Source: a virus. From it: a stretch of 64,000 nucleotides of DNA. This document shows positions 9,101 through 20,900 of the stretch, piece by piece (the stretch's first letter is position 1; the number at the start of each line of letters is the position of its first letter). The stretch lies in IMG/VR virus record IMGVR_UViG_3300044971_004534; one strand, 5' to 3'. The translations under genes and the position numbers were made by a program. The notes below the pieces were generated by a model. The model saw only the letters and a list, made by a program, of their open reading frames with translations. It did not search any database and was not told the DNA's origin.

Positions 9101-11955
9101 ATGCTTCTTCATTGTTTAATTTTGTTAGTAATAATTTTTACTCCGAAAATATAGGAACTTTTGAGATACTTTCTAATCCATATAGCTCTTCCTATGATTA
9201 TCCTTATGATGCATACTACGCTGAACCTTATTACATTGAACCATACGTTAATCCATACGAGCCTGCTCCAAAAGTATTAGAAACTGGATTGTTGATGATC
9301 TATAGGAATACTGTTATTCCCAGTATAAAGTCTGGATTTAATTTGCAAATAGATATGATACAGCAGAATAAGTATCCAAGATCTTATAAATTTTACTTAA
9401 ATAATCCGAAGTATAATTCTTTAGATGATCTTATACATGATGTAAATGACAGACTTTCTGAGTTTGGCATTGTAGCAAATTCTTTAGTTGAAAATCCAAA
9501 AGCATATTCTACTAGCAGACTATTTGCTCAAGAGCCAAAAAAAATCGTAGAAGCTAATTATGTATTTAAGAAAGTTTACCCATTTGTAAGGCCGTCTAGT
9601 TTTTCTGCTACTACTACAGAATTACAAGCTGGTCCCTATGACGCTGTTTCAGATATTGTTATTAATGAATATGGCGCATTATTGGATGATAGCATGCTAT
9701 CAAGTGTTTCTGAAAATTCAGAATCGGTATTGGAGTTTACGCCTAACTATGATGTTGTTTCAAATCCATATTACGATATTTCATCTTTAGAAAATGCCTA
9801 CATAAGTCCATATGAATATCCTCAATTCCAGCAAACTTTTGCTGTTGAATCTTTTGGAAAATTACCGATTGTTGAAACTGAAATTATTACTCCAGAAATA
9901 GGAGCGGTAACTTTTGAAAGAATTAGGGTTTCTGAATCTAGTAAGGGCTCTATTGATATAGAATACGATACTTATGATTCTCAGTATTCACAACCTGACA
10001 ATATTAACATAGCGTTTGTGTCAAAATCTACAAATTATAGTGCAGCAAAAAATCAACAAATTTACACCAATAGACCAAGATATACTGTTGGTGCAAGTGA
10101 TTTAAAGGAAAATAGTATTGCTATTGCTTCATCAGTAATGGAAGACGAAAACAGATTTGTTGAATCATCTGATTTAATAAGCAATAATACGATAGATCAA
10201 GATTATTCAAACACAAGTTTTGTTCAAAAATCTCTACTATTACCACCAAATGTTGTCGCATTAGAGGTCGCATATGGTGGATATATATCTAATGGAGTTG
10301 TCAGCACAAATGTTGCTCCAAACACATATTTCTCTAATTATCAACAAAGCGGAATTGGAGATGTTCAGTTTAGAACTATTGATGCAGATTTTGCTTTAGT
10401 TCTTGTTCGTATAGCATATAATGATGGAAAATACGGACCAAATAATGCTGCTGCTGATGACATCGCTTCTATGATAAAAGCGACTGTAAACTATAATTCT
10501 CCTGTAGATCCTGAGTACGTGGTTGGAGAATTTGCTCCTGGAGACACAGTAGAAACTGTGGAATTTATAAATTCTGAAAATGTAACTGAAACCTATCTAG
10601 TATTCCCTATTATGTTAAAAATTCCACTTAAATCTACCGTAAGCTATGTAAACATAAATATGGAAAATGTTGGACTTTCTACATCTGTAAAAATTATAGA
10701 TGCTCCATCTGAACTTAATAACTTTGGGTTTTTGGCAATCAACAAAAATAATCCTAATTATGATATGAAGTCTTCTAAAGACGGCAGAACCTTTGGACTG
10801 GTGCTCGACAATTATGGATTCTGGGATATTTTGATTGCTCCAGAAGGTGTTCTTCAAACATCTGATGCTGGTGAATTTACTTTTAATGGAAGAGGTTATT
10901 CTAGGACGGTTGTTGATACAGATGATAGATTTGTTGCAGGAATAGGGACTCCTATTATAAATGATGTTGATAATGACATAACTGGATTTGACAAGTCCAT
11001 GATACCTGAATCTATTAGGAACAGCATAACTCTCATTCCAGTTCCTGGTTATCAACAAGTTTGGGTTTTGAGAATTGATCCTGCGGTAAAATCTTATCTT
11101 GTGGCAAGAAGAAAAGCTGCTGGGGGATTGAGTCAAGATGGGTGCTATGTTGATATTCCAATATATTTTCAGGCTAATATTACAGAAGCTTCAGGCACTT
11201 GCAATGTTAGAATATTTAATAATGTAAGCTGTGTTTTTGATTATAATTTCTGTGATTTTTTCTGGAATCTTGGCTCTCCACTTCAGCCACCTTCCGCATT
11301 TGTTATACAGGATTCTATAGAAGTAAATTTTATAGAATACATCAATTGTGATTCAGTTGCCAGAATCATAGAGGAAGATGGCATTCAAAAAGTTGAAATT
11401 ACAAGTTACTTCATAATGAACATTGACAAAATACCGATGCTTGACAACGGGACTTCTTTGTTGCTTATAAAGACAAATACTGCAGAAACTCAAGTAAGGG
11501 AAATATTTACCCCAAACAGTGACACAATAGGCCAGCTAAGGACGCCAACTGCCGTCAATCAACAAAGACCATGGGAATTTGACTGCAGTTTTATACCTGG
11601 TGTTGATAAGATTAACAAAACCACTTTGTACACAAATCCTCAAAATTATTTAGAATATACAATAGCAAGTGCTGAAATAGCAAGGGGCATCAATACTTTA
11701 AGCAGATTTATGCTTGTTCAGCCAAAAACAAAGTTCCCTTTATTCGATGAGTTTGGAATGAGTTCTGCAACAGAAAGAGTAATAGCAAGCATAGGATTTG
11801 TATTCAAAGACTGGAAGCCTTCTGCTACAGATTTTTGGCAAGATAGAATGATATTTGGTATAAAATTTGTAATTCCAACTGGGCAGACACAGCCTAATTT
11901 ATTACAAAATTTTTCGATAAGATTCTTATACAATGAAGATAGACGTTTATTATGA
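6115..11955 (+). CDS. giant protein 1 (1946 aa), unknown function, with a Tyr/Pro-rich low-complexity segment
   Basis: Uninterrupted 5.8-kb ORF in AT-rich DNA, where stop codons should be frequent. Translationally coupled at both ends. PY-rich stretch 'EEPYAYPYSSYPYG...YDYPYDAYYAEPYYIEPYVNPYEPAP' at nt 9041-9270. Confidence 0.85.
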   Translation: MNKSYNAYDTVAIGISQNKAKVYYQKLLKNGDNLEIGTAFSSCEKVVLDIKSLVNAQYAPDGKATKESVHYLLNEENPFDIIIPYSNAPKNARQIKGYISYSRSKNIIEINTRSIFNNGFFKFNLKLNFTSDGITRGKVVKQKPVMEITPTKVAENLFDGLNLRVDKKGAKDDALVIDEFKRFSQNRLINFSAQDEYFGCDRYNVQYSGSGEFVFDDEVNLKNVIIKNKATVSVPSGFPLISVIDRAESPVLENGLFYRRNSPQLDSSVVHKQYFDSNGVAFYDQVITRGLKSASGGGGRNHPLIHVRNIFNSVGNYEDVPILHFRREYAEKEDNKNGKAPYHFYFCPKYVLPSESLASPIEMRVKQSALNRIEFSFSIGERSLNKIVLNSKTTVYSDAGNKFYYGSLEIDVTNATQNIRLPYGRSKVFYSDTISSTPLTDPEYGLTIMDVLHALQNNVSGKVNVLTVEGTGGGTHAGFVPTFSEIGIFSPSPNDPVVEFIEGHDFMGCAMMPAARMWNGNADNSYLTASAEESVGVTIEKGARSGRIYTRGLAHHVDLDNYVAIAPLCRAFTTPFVRGEIKSFQNHLEDDDFKPIESGGKGYNRFYKYNTIKKSIEVMAFGENYFTSILNLPPNESEAMLVGGPASRSLGFGKLRKLVGASQIGVAFDFLGKTYKDQNGFFETTPAYIMSHIGFGEPSAIQSENLVKKLSDFSGGSNFISLQYKNAKMFPGISSHRASEYVPNPKRYGINAYGEDIKNLYNGGIFSSLYTTSGLGSHIEVENTAANKDSAYYSLSLDPFIFDNNALLCYEGGSESESPKRRIELSPCMKWIDNAPEKSKIICAFLRKEMIDWGKDRGWSAGKTLSFSFYSYRRDKNTNGILSITGSGNKDVISYLNYDVATKNISYSDNLGSSTFIGNTLQSFVDAHASTFNGLLSIEAKPVIRATDVMPYEDFVFNTSITNIQGKRPVVEITSEEPYAYPYSSYPYGVQSENPYASSLFNFVSNNFYSENIGTFEILSNPYSSSYDYPYDAYYAEPYYIEPYVNPYEPAPKVLETGLLMIYRNTVIPSIKSGFNLQIDMIQQNKYPRSYKFYLNNPKYNSLDDLIHDVNDRLSEFGIVANSLVENPKAYSTSRLFAQEPKKIVEANYVFKKVYPFVRPSSFSATTTELQAGPYDAVSDIVINEYGALLDDSMLSSVSENSESVLEFTPNYDVVSNPYYDISSLENAYISPYEYPQFQQTFAVESFGKLPIVETEIITPEIGAVTFERIRVSESSKGSIDIEYDTYDSQYSQPDNINIAFVSKSTNYSAAKNQQIYTNRPRYTVGASDLKENSIAIASSVMEDENRFVESSDLISNNTIDQDYSNTSFVQKSLLLPPNVVALEVAYGGYISNGVVSTNVAPNTYFSNYQQSGIGDVQFRTIDADFALVLVRIAYNDGKYGPNNAAADDIASMIKATVNYNSPVDPEYVVGEFAPGDTVETVEFINSENVTETYLVFPIMLKIPLKSTVSYVNINMENVGLSTSVKIIDAPSELNNFGFLAINKNNPNYDMKSSKDGRTFGLVLDNYGFWDILIAPEGVLQTSDAGEFTFNGRGYSRTVVDTDDRFVAGIGTPIINDVDNDITGFDKSMIPESIRNSITLIPVPGYQQVWVLRIDPAVKSYLVARRKAAGGLSQDGCYVDIPIYFQANITEASGTCNVRIFNNVSCVFDYNFCDFFWNLGSPLQPPSAFVIQDSIEVNFIEYINCDSVARIIEEDGIQKVEITSYFIMNIDKIPMLDNGTSLLLIKTNTAETQVREIFTPNSDTIGQLRTPTAVNQQRPWEFDCSFIPGVDKINKTTLYTNPQNYLEYTIASAEIARGINTLSRFMLVQPKTKFPLFDEFGMSSATERVIASIGFVFKDWKPSATDFWQDRMIFGIKFVIPTGQTQPNLLQNFSIRFLYNEDRRLL

Positions 11956-14900
11956 TAAAGATTAGAAAAATCATATATTGGCATTTTGCTGTTTATGGTG
12001 GAGATGCCGAAACAATAGATCCAGAAAACTTGCCAAGTGATTCCATATCTACTCTTGATATGGGATTGAACGAGGCCAATCCCATTATAGTCAATGGTGC
12101 TCCTAACGTAAGAGCCTTTTCTGTTTCTACTGGGTATGAGTGGCTTATTGACATTTTTGTTCAAGACGGCCAGACTAAAGATCTTAATGATGAAAACAAA
12201 AGAACTACTATTCGCTCTAATAATCCAGTGGCTTCTCCTGGATTTGTTTGGTTTGACTTGGCAGTTGTTGAGCTAAAGGCTGTTTTCGGAAATCCAATTG
12301 TTGTTGAGTCTTTAGAGCAGTTAAGTCTTGTTAAAGATGACAATAATGATGGAGTAAGAATACCAGTTAAGTACATGCTGTTCGGAGCTCATAAAGAGGG
12401 CGAGACGGGTGCTCAGCTGAGAAATGAGCCAGATGCATTCTTTGACGCCACAAACATACCTAATGAAGTTAGTTCAGAGGGAGATCAAGGTCATCAAGAG
12501 TTTGTAGAAGCAATTTCTTCAAAAACATTTGTAGACGAAGATGGAGTGCCTAATAGTTTTTTCATAAACATTAAACATCAAGAAGAAGTGACAAAAATTG
12601 GTTGCTGCAACATAGATGTGTCAGAAAGTTCTTCTTCTAGTTCTTCAGCAGATTCCAGTTCTTCCTCATCTGAAGATGGCGCTTCTTCTTCTAGTAGCAG
12701 TAGTAGTACTGACACTGGATCAGAGTCTTGTCCTTCTGGTTTAACTCTCAGGTCTCAACCTGTTATGCATGACGGGAATAGAAGAGTCTGGGCAGTCAGG
12801 CAAACTGCTGATATTCATATTAGCAATAATCCAGTTTATGAAGGTAATTTTTTCGCAGACTCTGGTGTATTGGTTAGAAAAAATTATATAGCATCTGAAT
12901 TGGTATATGCAGACGTTGAAAACGTTTTAAATGGCAACAGTTCTTGGAATTCCACTCATTGGCAGCACGCTGGATATATATCTTTTAGAGAAAATAAACC
13001 ATATGCAATGGGCCTTCATCAAGATCCAGTGTTCAATAAAACAGATTTAAGCTACAGCTCTGGTAATTTGTGTGCTTATCATGCATATGACGATAATTTT
13101 GAATTGCCAGTCACGATACAGTCAATTACTTGGGATACTCGTGGTTATTTATGGGCTTTATGCAGTGGAGGTGCAAAAGATGCTACCCCAGACAGTGGTA
13201 CAACTGTCAGTGGAGTTCAAAGTACTGAGGGTGTTTATGCACTGATACCTGGTGGATGGAAAAAGCAGCCAGCTGACATAATTTATTTTGGAGGCTCAAA
13301 TACTGGCAATACTTTTGAGTACGAAGATCTTAATTCTTCTGCTTTAGTTCTTGCAAGTTTACATATGCGCTGGGGATGTGATCGTAGCAAGAGTAAAGAT
13401 TTCTTAGCTATTGTTGACAATGATTTTCACATTCATATTAAAAAGAATGCTAATTCCAATATAAATTTCCCAGAAGAGCAAAATATAAGAAATGACAACG
13501 GTCTATTGTTGCTTGCAGACAACATATACGCTGGCGTAGAAAAAATATGCGTTGTTGAAGCTGGTACCACTCTGCCATATTTGATATCTTATAGTCAGCT
13601 TGATACTGATTTGAGTAGTTTAATTGCTACTGAGAGAGCAAATAACGTTCGTTATTCTATATTGGCATGTGGTGTAGATTTTATTGTTGGCGTAAGCCAG
13701 AGTAGTCAAATTAAAGTTTTTGTAAATTCGTCAGCAACAAATGTTCCAACACAGGATGACGCTGACGAATTACAGTCTTCTATTAGTACTGATATTACTG
13801 ATGGGTACTCTATAAAGAAAGTTGTTTGTGGTGATTCTTTCTTTGCAGTATATCTCAAGAAAACTTCAGGTGAGTCTAAGTTGTATGCAAGAGGCTATAT
13901 TAAAGATATTAAAATATGGGACGGATCTAATTATGACGCTAATTTTATTAGACCACAATCTTGGGATTTAAGTGAAACTAAGCCAATACTAGATGTTGAG
14001 GCATTTGGAGATTATTTGATTATTGCTTACGCAGAGGGTTTACCATCCGCATCACCCAAGTCTTTGTATTATGAAGTTGCAACAGTGCTTGATGATATTC
14101 CATTACACAATACTGGCTCTGCATCTAGTGCAGCGACATCAAAAATATTGAATTATGAGGTCTTAAATCAATTAAGAAAAATATACATCGATAATGCATC
14201 TAATGACGTTGATAGTTATATAACAAGTTCCAATATTAATCATTTACTTCCATCTAAGGGATTACTTGGTTATAGAAAATTTGAAAATGTAAATAGTGCA
14301 TATGGAAATCTTTTTATACATGAAAATTCAGAGTACTTACATCATCCGTATTTTAGCCAGTCAGGAAGCTTTATTCCAGGAAAGATGGAAGTCAAGTCTG
14401 GCATGTTCGGATACGATATAAGTTCTTTTGGTTGGAATGGCGTTACTTACTTAGCAGTCTCTGCACCCACGGAAGGCCCAGTGTTAAGTGCGCAGAATGG
14501 CGGAGTGCTAGGTCAGCAAGATGGCAAACACGGCAGAGGCGCAGTTTACATATTTAAACGATATGAAAACGGATTTAAGCTTATACAAAAGATACAGCAT
14601 TCAGACACAAGTGTTATAGCTTTTGGAAAACAAGTATGTCTTTATGCAACAAAGAACGCTTCAGACGAAGACGCAATGGCTTTAATATGCTCTTACCGAG
14701 GCAATACTTCTGATTATACCAGAATCTATTATTGGAATTCTGTAGAAGAACTTTTTGAGTGGTCTGAAATGACCGATAGCTTTATTCAGGTTAACCAGTT
14801 GACGCTTTCTCCGTCTACAAGTGATATAAAAATTATTGAGATCAAGAGGATATCAGACCACAATATATCAGTTACATCTTTTGTAAATAATGCAATTGAA

Positions 14901-17900
14901 GGTTATGTTCAGTTTATAAACTTGAGAGAAAACATTGCAAACATGGATACTTGCAAGGGAGTTTATGTTAAACTGACCTCATTTAACAGTCTGTCGTTTG
15001 GTCCTCGTTTCGGAGCGTCTGCTGTTAAGGAAAGTTCTGCATCAGGGTGGACTGTAGCTATTGGATACACTACGTACAATTCTGCACTACAAACATCTTT
15101 GCGTTTAAATTTTTTAAATTTTCCATTAGAAGATGCTATTGAAATAAAGATGCAAGATCCTGTAAGCCCCCTAATTGCTCAAGGCAATGGCGCTGTAATG
15201 CTGTTATATCTTAGTGAAGATATGCAGTCATTTGAGTCAGATGTAAGTGGTCCTATCTTTAATGTGATAGAGGGAACTGGATTTAATTCCAATGCAACTA
15301 CTAAGCCATACTTTGGCTATGACATTGATGCAGATGAAAATCACATTGTTATATCTTCTCCATATGATAGTGGATATTCTGCTTCTGGAGAAAGTTCAAA
15401 TATACTTGAGGGAGGTTCAGTAAGAATATTTGAATTCAACAATCCAATATCTCTTGGCTCAAGAGATGTTAATGTAAATTCTGAATTTAAATTTAATCTT
15501 AATAATTTATCTCAGTACCACCTACCCAGACAGGTTTATAATTTAGGAGCAGGCACTTACAGTGCTCAGTGGACAAAGAAAAAGCTTGGCAAATCAGTAA
15601 AACTGGTTGGAAATAAAGTGCTCGTAAGTTCTTGTGATGATGACTTAAGAAGAGGTCCGTCAACACAGAGCAACTTGTTCGGTAACGTATTTTTGCTAGA
15701 CAAAAATAGTAAAGGCTCTTGGGATATTGTTTCTTCTTCTCATGAAGCTCATAACGGAGACAGATTTGGTCATAAGATTGAAATTTTGCCATTGAATATT
15801 TTGTCAAATGGCAAAGACTTTATAGCTCTTGTTTCATCTCCAGGAATGGTTACATCTGCAGTCCAATTAGAAGATTGCCTGACGTGCAATCCGGCAGATA
15901 CTGACTACTCTTATGGTTCTGGAGTTGTTAAGTCTATTGTTGTATCTGGTGACAAATCTTTTGGTGTTCTTCCATCAAGGATACCAAGTGTTTTGCAGAA
16001 TATAGACAGTGATAATACAAGTACTTATACTTTATCCTCTTCTGCTTTAGGAATAAAGCATGTAGCTCATGATATTAGCAATGGTCCTTTAAATAGCAGA
16101 TATGTGTGGAAGTATTATCCGGCAAGATTGCTTGAAAGATCTGCAATACAGTCTGGGGTTAATGATAATGAAATTCCAAAATTTAGGTTAGCAAAGTTTA
16201 TTAATGATCCATCTCCAACTGGAGAAACTGATTTTGCTTCAACTTATAGTGATGTTGGAGCTTTCAGTATGATATCTGATACTGGCGGTGGAACAGCAGG
16301 TGATATAACAGTAGCAAATCTCCCTATTTATGATAGAGCTAATCTTAATATAAGAGTTATGGAAATGCATCCAAGACCTTATAGAATTGTTGATGCTTCG
16401 ATGAGTTCTTCGTTGGATGAGGCGAGTACTTCGGTAAGTCTGCCAAAACAAATACGCTCTGATTATTTTGATTTTGCAACACCTGCAAAAAATGAACTTC
16501 AAGAAACCATATATTTATATGGTCCAATTTTAAGTCCACAGCAGGGTGCTCAATGGAGCGGCAGTATAAGTCCTTCTAACTCTTTTGGAATTACTCCAGT
16601 GAGGGCTTCGAGATGGCTTATTCCAGTTGCAGATTCTGATGTTAGTAATATATTATACATTAATGGAATAGCAGTTTGGAGCCCAACGGTTTCAAATGTA
16701 GAGTACAATATTGCCGGAGGATATTACTTTAATTCTTCCTCTTTCCTCAGGCCATCTGGTCAGCAGGTTCACACTAACATGACCGGAAACCCTTTGGTAA
16801 AGCCATTTAATGGGACTGTAGACACAAGTAGATGGTGGTCTACTAGGAATTATATTTCTCCTGGGTGCGTTCAACTTCTTGACTCGTCCACTGAGGGACA
16901 TCTAACGGTATGGCCAGCTTTTAATTTTGCTCGTACTTTTACCTCTAGTGGAAACCCTAATCCCCCACCCTTTGGTGGTGCAATACAGGGATTCTTAGAC
17001 ACTAAAAATTTCTATATTGGTAAAGCAGATATCAGGCCAGGTGTGACTTCTGTTGATGCATCACGAATTGATGCTTGCAAAATAGATAAAGCGTATTTTT
17101 GGGGTCTTAAAATTGCAGAGGGCTCTTATAACGTATTTATTAATGCGTACCTAAACGCAACGAGTGTTAATCCCTTTAGAATTCATCAGACAACAAAATA
17201 CCTTGCATGGAGTGGTTGTACTGTTGCTTTGGAGAGAAGTTCTCCGGCTGCAAGCCAATTGGAATACGGTACGTCTTATACTGGCTATGCACCATCTTAT
17301 GAATCTTATGATTTTAATTTAGGTCACATATTAAGTTATCCTCCAATTAATTTCAGATGCACAACTGGAAATGTTGCTCCGAAAAATAGCACCGTTGTTA
17401 ACAATGTTTCTACAATTAGTGCTATTTCTAATGCGCCAAACGGTAGTACGCATGCTCTTTATTTAGATGCAGTTGGCTGGAACTCTTCATTGATGAATGT
17501 GGGAGTTAAAGATATAGTAATACACGGGCATTACAATTATCATGGTTTTAATAAGTCTGCTTCAGAATCTTTACCAGTTGCTGCAATCGCAGATAGAAGA
17601 TCTCAAATAGTAACATTTATTTCTGGTTATGGTTCTAAAATTTCATCAATCAATGGTAGAAATTCAGGTTCATGCTTTTTTGCTCCAAGCATAAAATTTA
17701 CTTGCATTTTAGATTCAGGACTGTCTTCATACAGAAGATGGAAACAAAACTTTGGAGGATTGACAGATTGGAATCACAATGGAGGTGCATATTCAGGTTG
17801 GGGAAAAATTGCAAAAAATCCCACTTTCTTTGCAAACAGCTTTACGAACAATCCAAGTTGGGTAACTGAATCTGGCTTGCCAAATGGTTTTAATGCTAGA

Positions 17901-20900
17901 GTTGCGCCAACAGATACTATGTACATGGTAGATTTGTTTTGGGACTATGATCCTAATGCAACTACTCCAAGTCCTGAAGATTTAAAGACAGCCATATTTA
18001 ATAGTTCTTTCAATAGTACACAAGATATTTATTCTAATTTGCTTTTGCCAGTAAAGGTGTCTGGAAATTTATCCCAATCTCAAGTGAACTTATTTCCATT
18101 AAGGGCTTATCCTCTTAATAGAAATCAAATTAATTTTTCTTCATGTGGTACAACTTGTCCAGCTATTTTGGTGTTCGGAATAGCAGTTAGCGGTTATCCA
18201 GCTACGCAATTTCCTCCCGTAATTGAGCCAACTACTACTTCGCCCTATACTGATACAAGATCTGCACATTTTGGATATTCTTCCAATAATGTTCAGTGCG
18301 CAAACGGAATTTCTGTAAAATATGATAGACAATATACAAATATTGTAGCTTGTAAAACTTTTACAGATGGATTTGGTGTAACTATTGGTGGTGTTGCTGC
18401 AGAGGCTGGAACTCATCTTGCTTCAACAATAACTAGTATTGGTACTAATTGGTGTGGAACTGGAGGAAATACTTCTACTAATGTCGCAACTTATTCATAT
18501 AAATATAAAACTATTCTTTATCCATCTATAACTTCTATAGATTCTCACACTCCTTCTTCTGGATTTAACACCCACAGTACTTATTTTACCGGTGGTGGTC
18601 CATCCCTTTTGCAATGGCATTCTCACTTTGCTCCATCATTCATCGAAACAAATATTGGCAATGGTCCTTTGTCTTTTGGTGCGATTAATGAATTTGCTCC
18701 CTACTACGATGACTTTGCTAATAGTACTACAGGATGGAATACTCCACGTAGTGGTCACAATATTATGTTCTGGGTAAGGCATAAATACAATGCTTCAACT
18801 GTTGCAACTCTCTCGGATGTTTTTCCTGCAAAAATTAATGACTTAGTTGGTAGTTTTTCAGGAAGCATTTATCCTAAATTAAGAAAAGAGTCTGCATTTA
18901 AATACCCATACAAAACAAATATGCTTACCGGGCGCGGCAGGAATGTTCAAATTTCAGCATTGGGTTCAGAACTTCGAAGTATAGGAAGAGACGAGATTGT
19001 TTATCAAAATGAATTTATTTACAGAAAATTATCCTATCATAGGCAAAACAGTTCAGGCACAGTTGTTAACAGTCAATTTTCTCCAGTGCATGAATTCAAC
19101 TCTGTAGAGATTAATTCTTCAGGAACATATACAAATAATCAATCTTTTGTAAATGATATAAGCAGTATTGTCCCTCTCTTGTATTCAGCTAGGTCTATTT
19201 TAGAAAATGATCCTCTCAAGCCGCATATAAGAGAAGAGTATCAGACAGAAACAGTATCAAATGTAAGGTATCGTAGAGCATCTTTGTTTGACAGAGTTAC
19301 ACCTCAAGACTTCTTTACTAATCCAGAAACGCTTGTATGTCTTCCAACATTCAGTATGCCTGACATGCTTGACTTTGCTACCAGTGACAATTCATTTAGT
19401 CATATCTTTGGTATATTGAATAATTTTGCAGACTCTTACGGACCCAATTATCCAGATAGTGCAAATTTAAAGTACATAGGAATGCTCAAAAACACCTTAA
19501 GTACAAACGATAAGAACAATCTAGGTTATAGCTCAAGTTCCCCAACTGCTTCTGCTTTCTGGAAGGCAATAAAAAACGGATTAGCTCACATTATAGATGT
19601 TAATTCTTCTGTAATGTCTCTCAGTAATGGAGAGGACCTATTAACTGTTACCATTTTAGCGTCTTTGAATGGCAATGTATGGACTGGAAGCAATCCAATT
19701 AAACATAGTTTTGGTTGGCAAAATTCTATTTTATCAGAAGAAATATATGGTGGTGGATTAATTTGTGCTGTCATAACGGCTAAAGTAACTAATAATGGTG
19801 GAATTGCTAACGTAAGATCTACATTTGCAAATTCTGCTGCGACCTTATCTAGTTCTAGTGTGAAGGCCAGGGTAAGTGCTGTTCTTGATGGAAATACAGT
19901 TCCAGAAAAGTCATGGTGCAGAATGGGTATTTGGATGCAGCCATTGTTAGGAACAGCTAAGCCTACAAAAGATAACTCTCCATACTACTGGCCAGGAAAT
20001 TTCCCATGGAGTGGGTCAAGCGACATAAAATATCTTGGCATAAATCCAGGAGATCAAGCGGTTAGTCAGACAAAGTTTTTCCATACATCTCCTGGGATGA
20101 TAAAAGTTCCTATTAATAGGTCTTATCTTGCAAAATTAGGCAAACATATTATGTTAAAATATAATACTGGTTCTGAGCAAGATAGATATTTTGCCATCAT
20201 TGGGCCATGTGTATATCATATACAGGATGCATTATCTCTAGACAATGGCCCGCTGTGGTGGGCTAATGAAAGAAAGTCTTCATGTTTTAAAATGCCAAGT
20301 TATTCTTGGGACAGTAGACCTGTCGTGTTCCAAAAATTTGGACTTTCTGTTGCAGAAATCTCGAGTGCATCATCTTATTCTGATTTATTTAAATTCTCTG
20401 CTTATACTGGCCAAGTCCCAAGAATGGTAAAGTCTTTCTTTAACCTTGAATCTTTTACGTCGGATTTTGGAGCAAATAACACTGCCGAGTTTGCGGCCTA
20501 TGGTAGTGTGGGTGGTGGCGCTGGCTCTTTGTTTGCTCCTAATGAGCAATGGTTTGACTACGGCAGTGAAACTTATGGGTTTGCTCCTAGTGGTGCAAAC
20601 GATGCTGTTGCCATACTTGGTGAAGGTATAGGTTTTAATATAAGAGAAGGGAATAAGATTCATGCATTTGTATTCTGGAGAAATGCATTTTATAGAATTA
20701 CTCCTCCTCTAAGTTCTGCTACAGAGTCTCATCCTGTAATAACAGAAATACCAATCAATACAACATATGTTCAAAATGGTGAAACAATAATTATTAAAGA
20801 TCAACTTAAAGCTGCTTATGAACTTCATAGATTAAATGGATTCTTCAATGGAAATACGTCTTTTGTGGTTAGCGGAAATGCTGGCAATGATAACGATAAT

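Noticed and set aside
10615-11136. Minus-strand ORFs inside the giant genes and the AAA+ gene (for example 10615-11136, 11718-12164, 24859-25356 and the plus-strand 34446-34901)
   Set aside because: Each is fully nested opposite a much longer ORF with coherent protein features. Their translations are low-complexity or Cys/Arg-rich and have no motifs. Treated as shadow ORFs.
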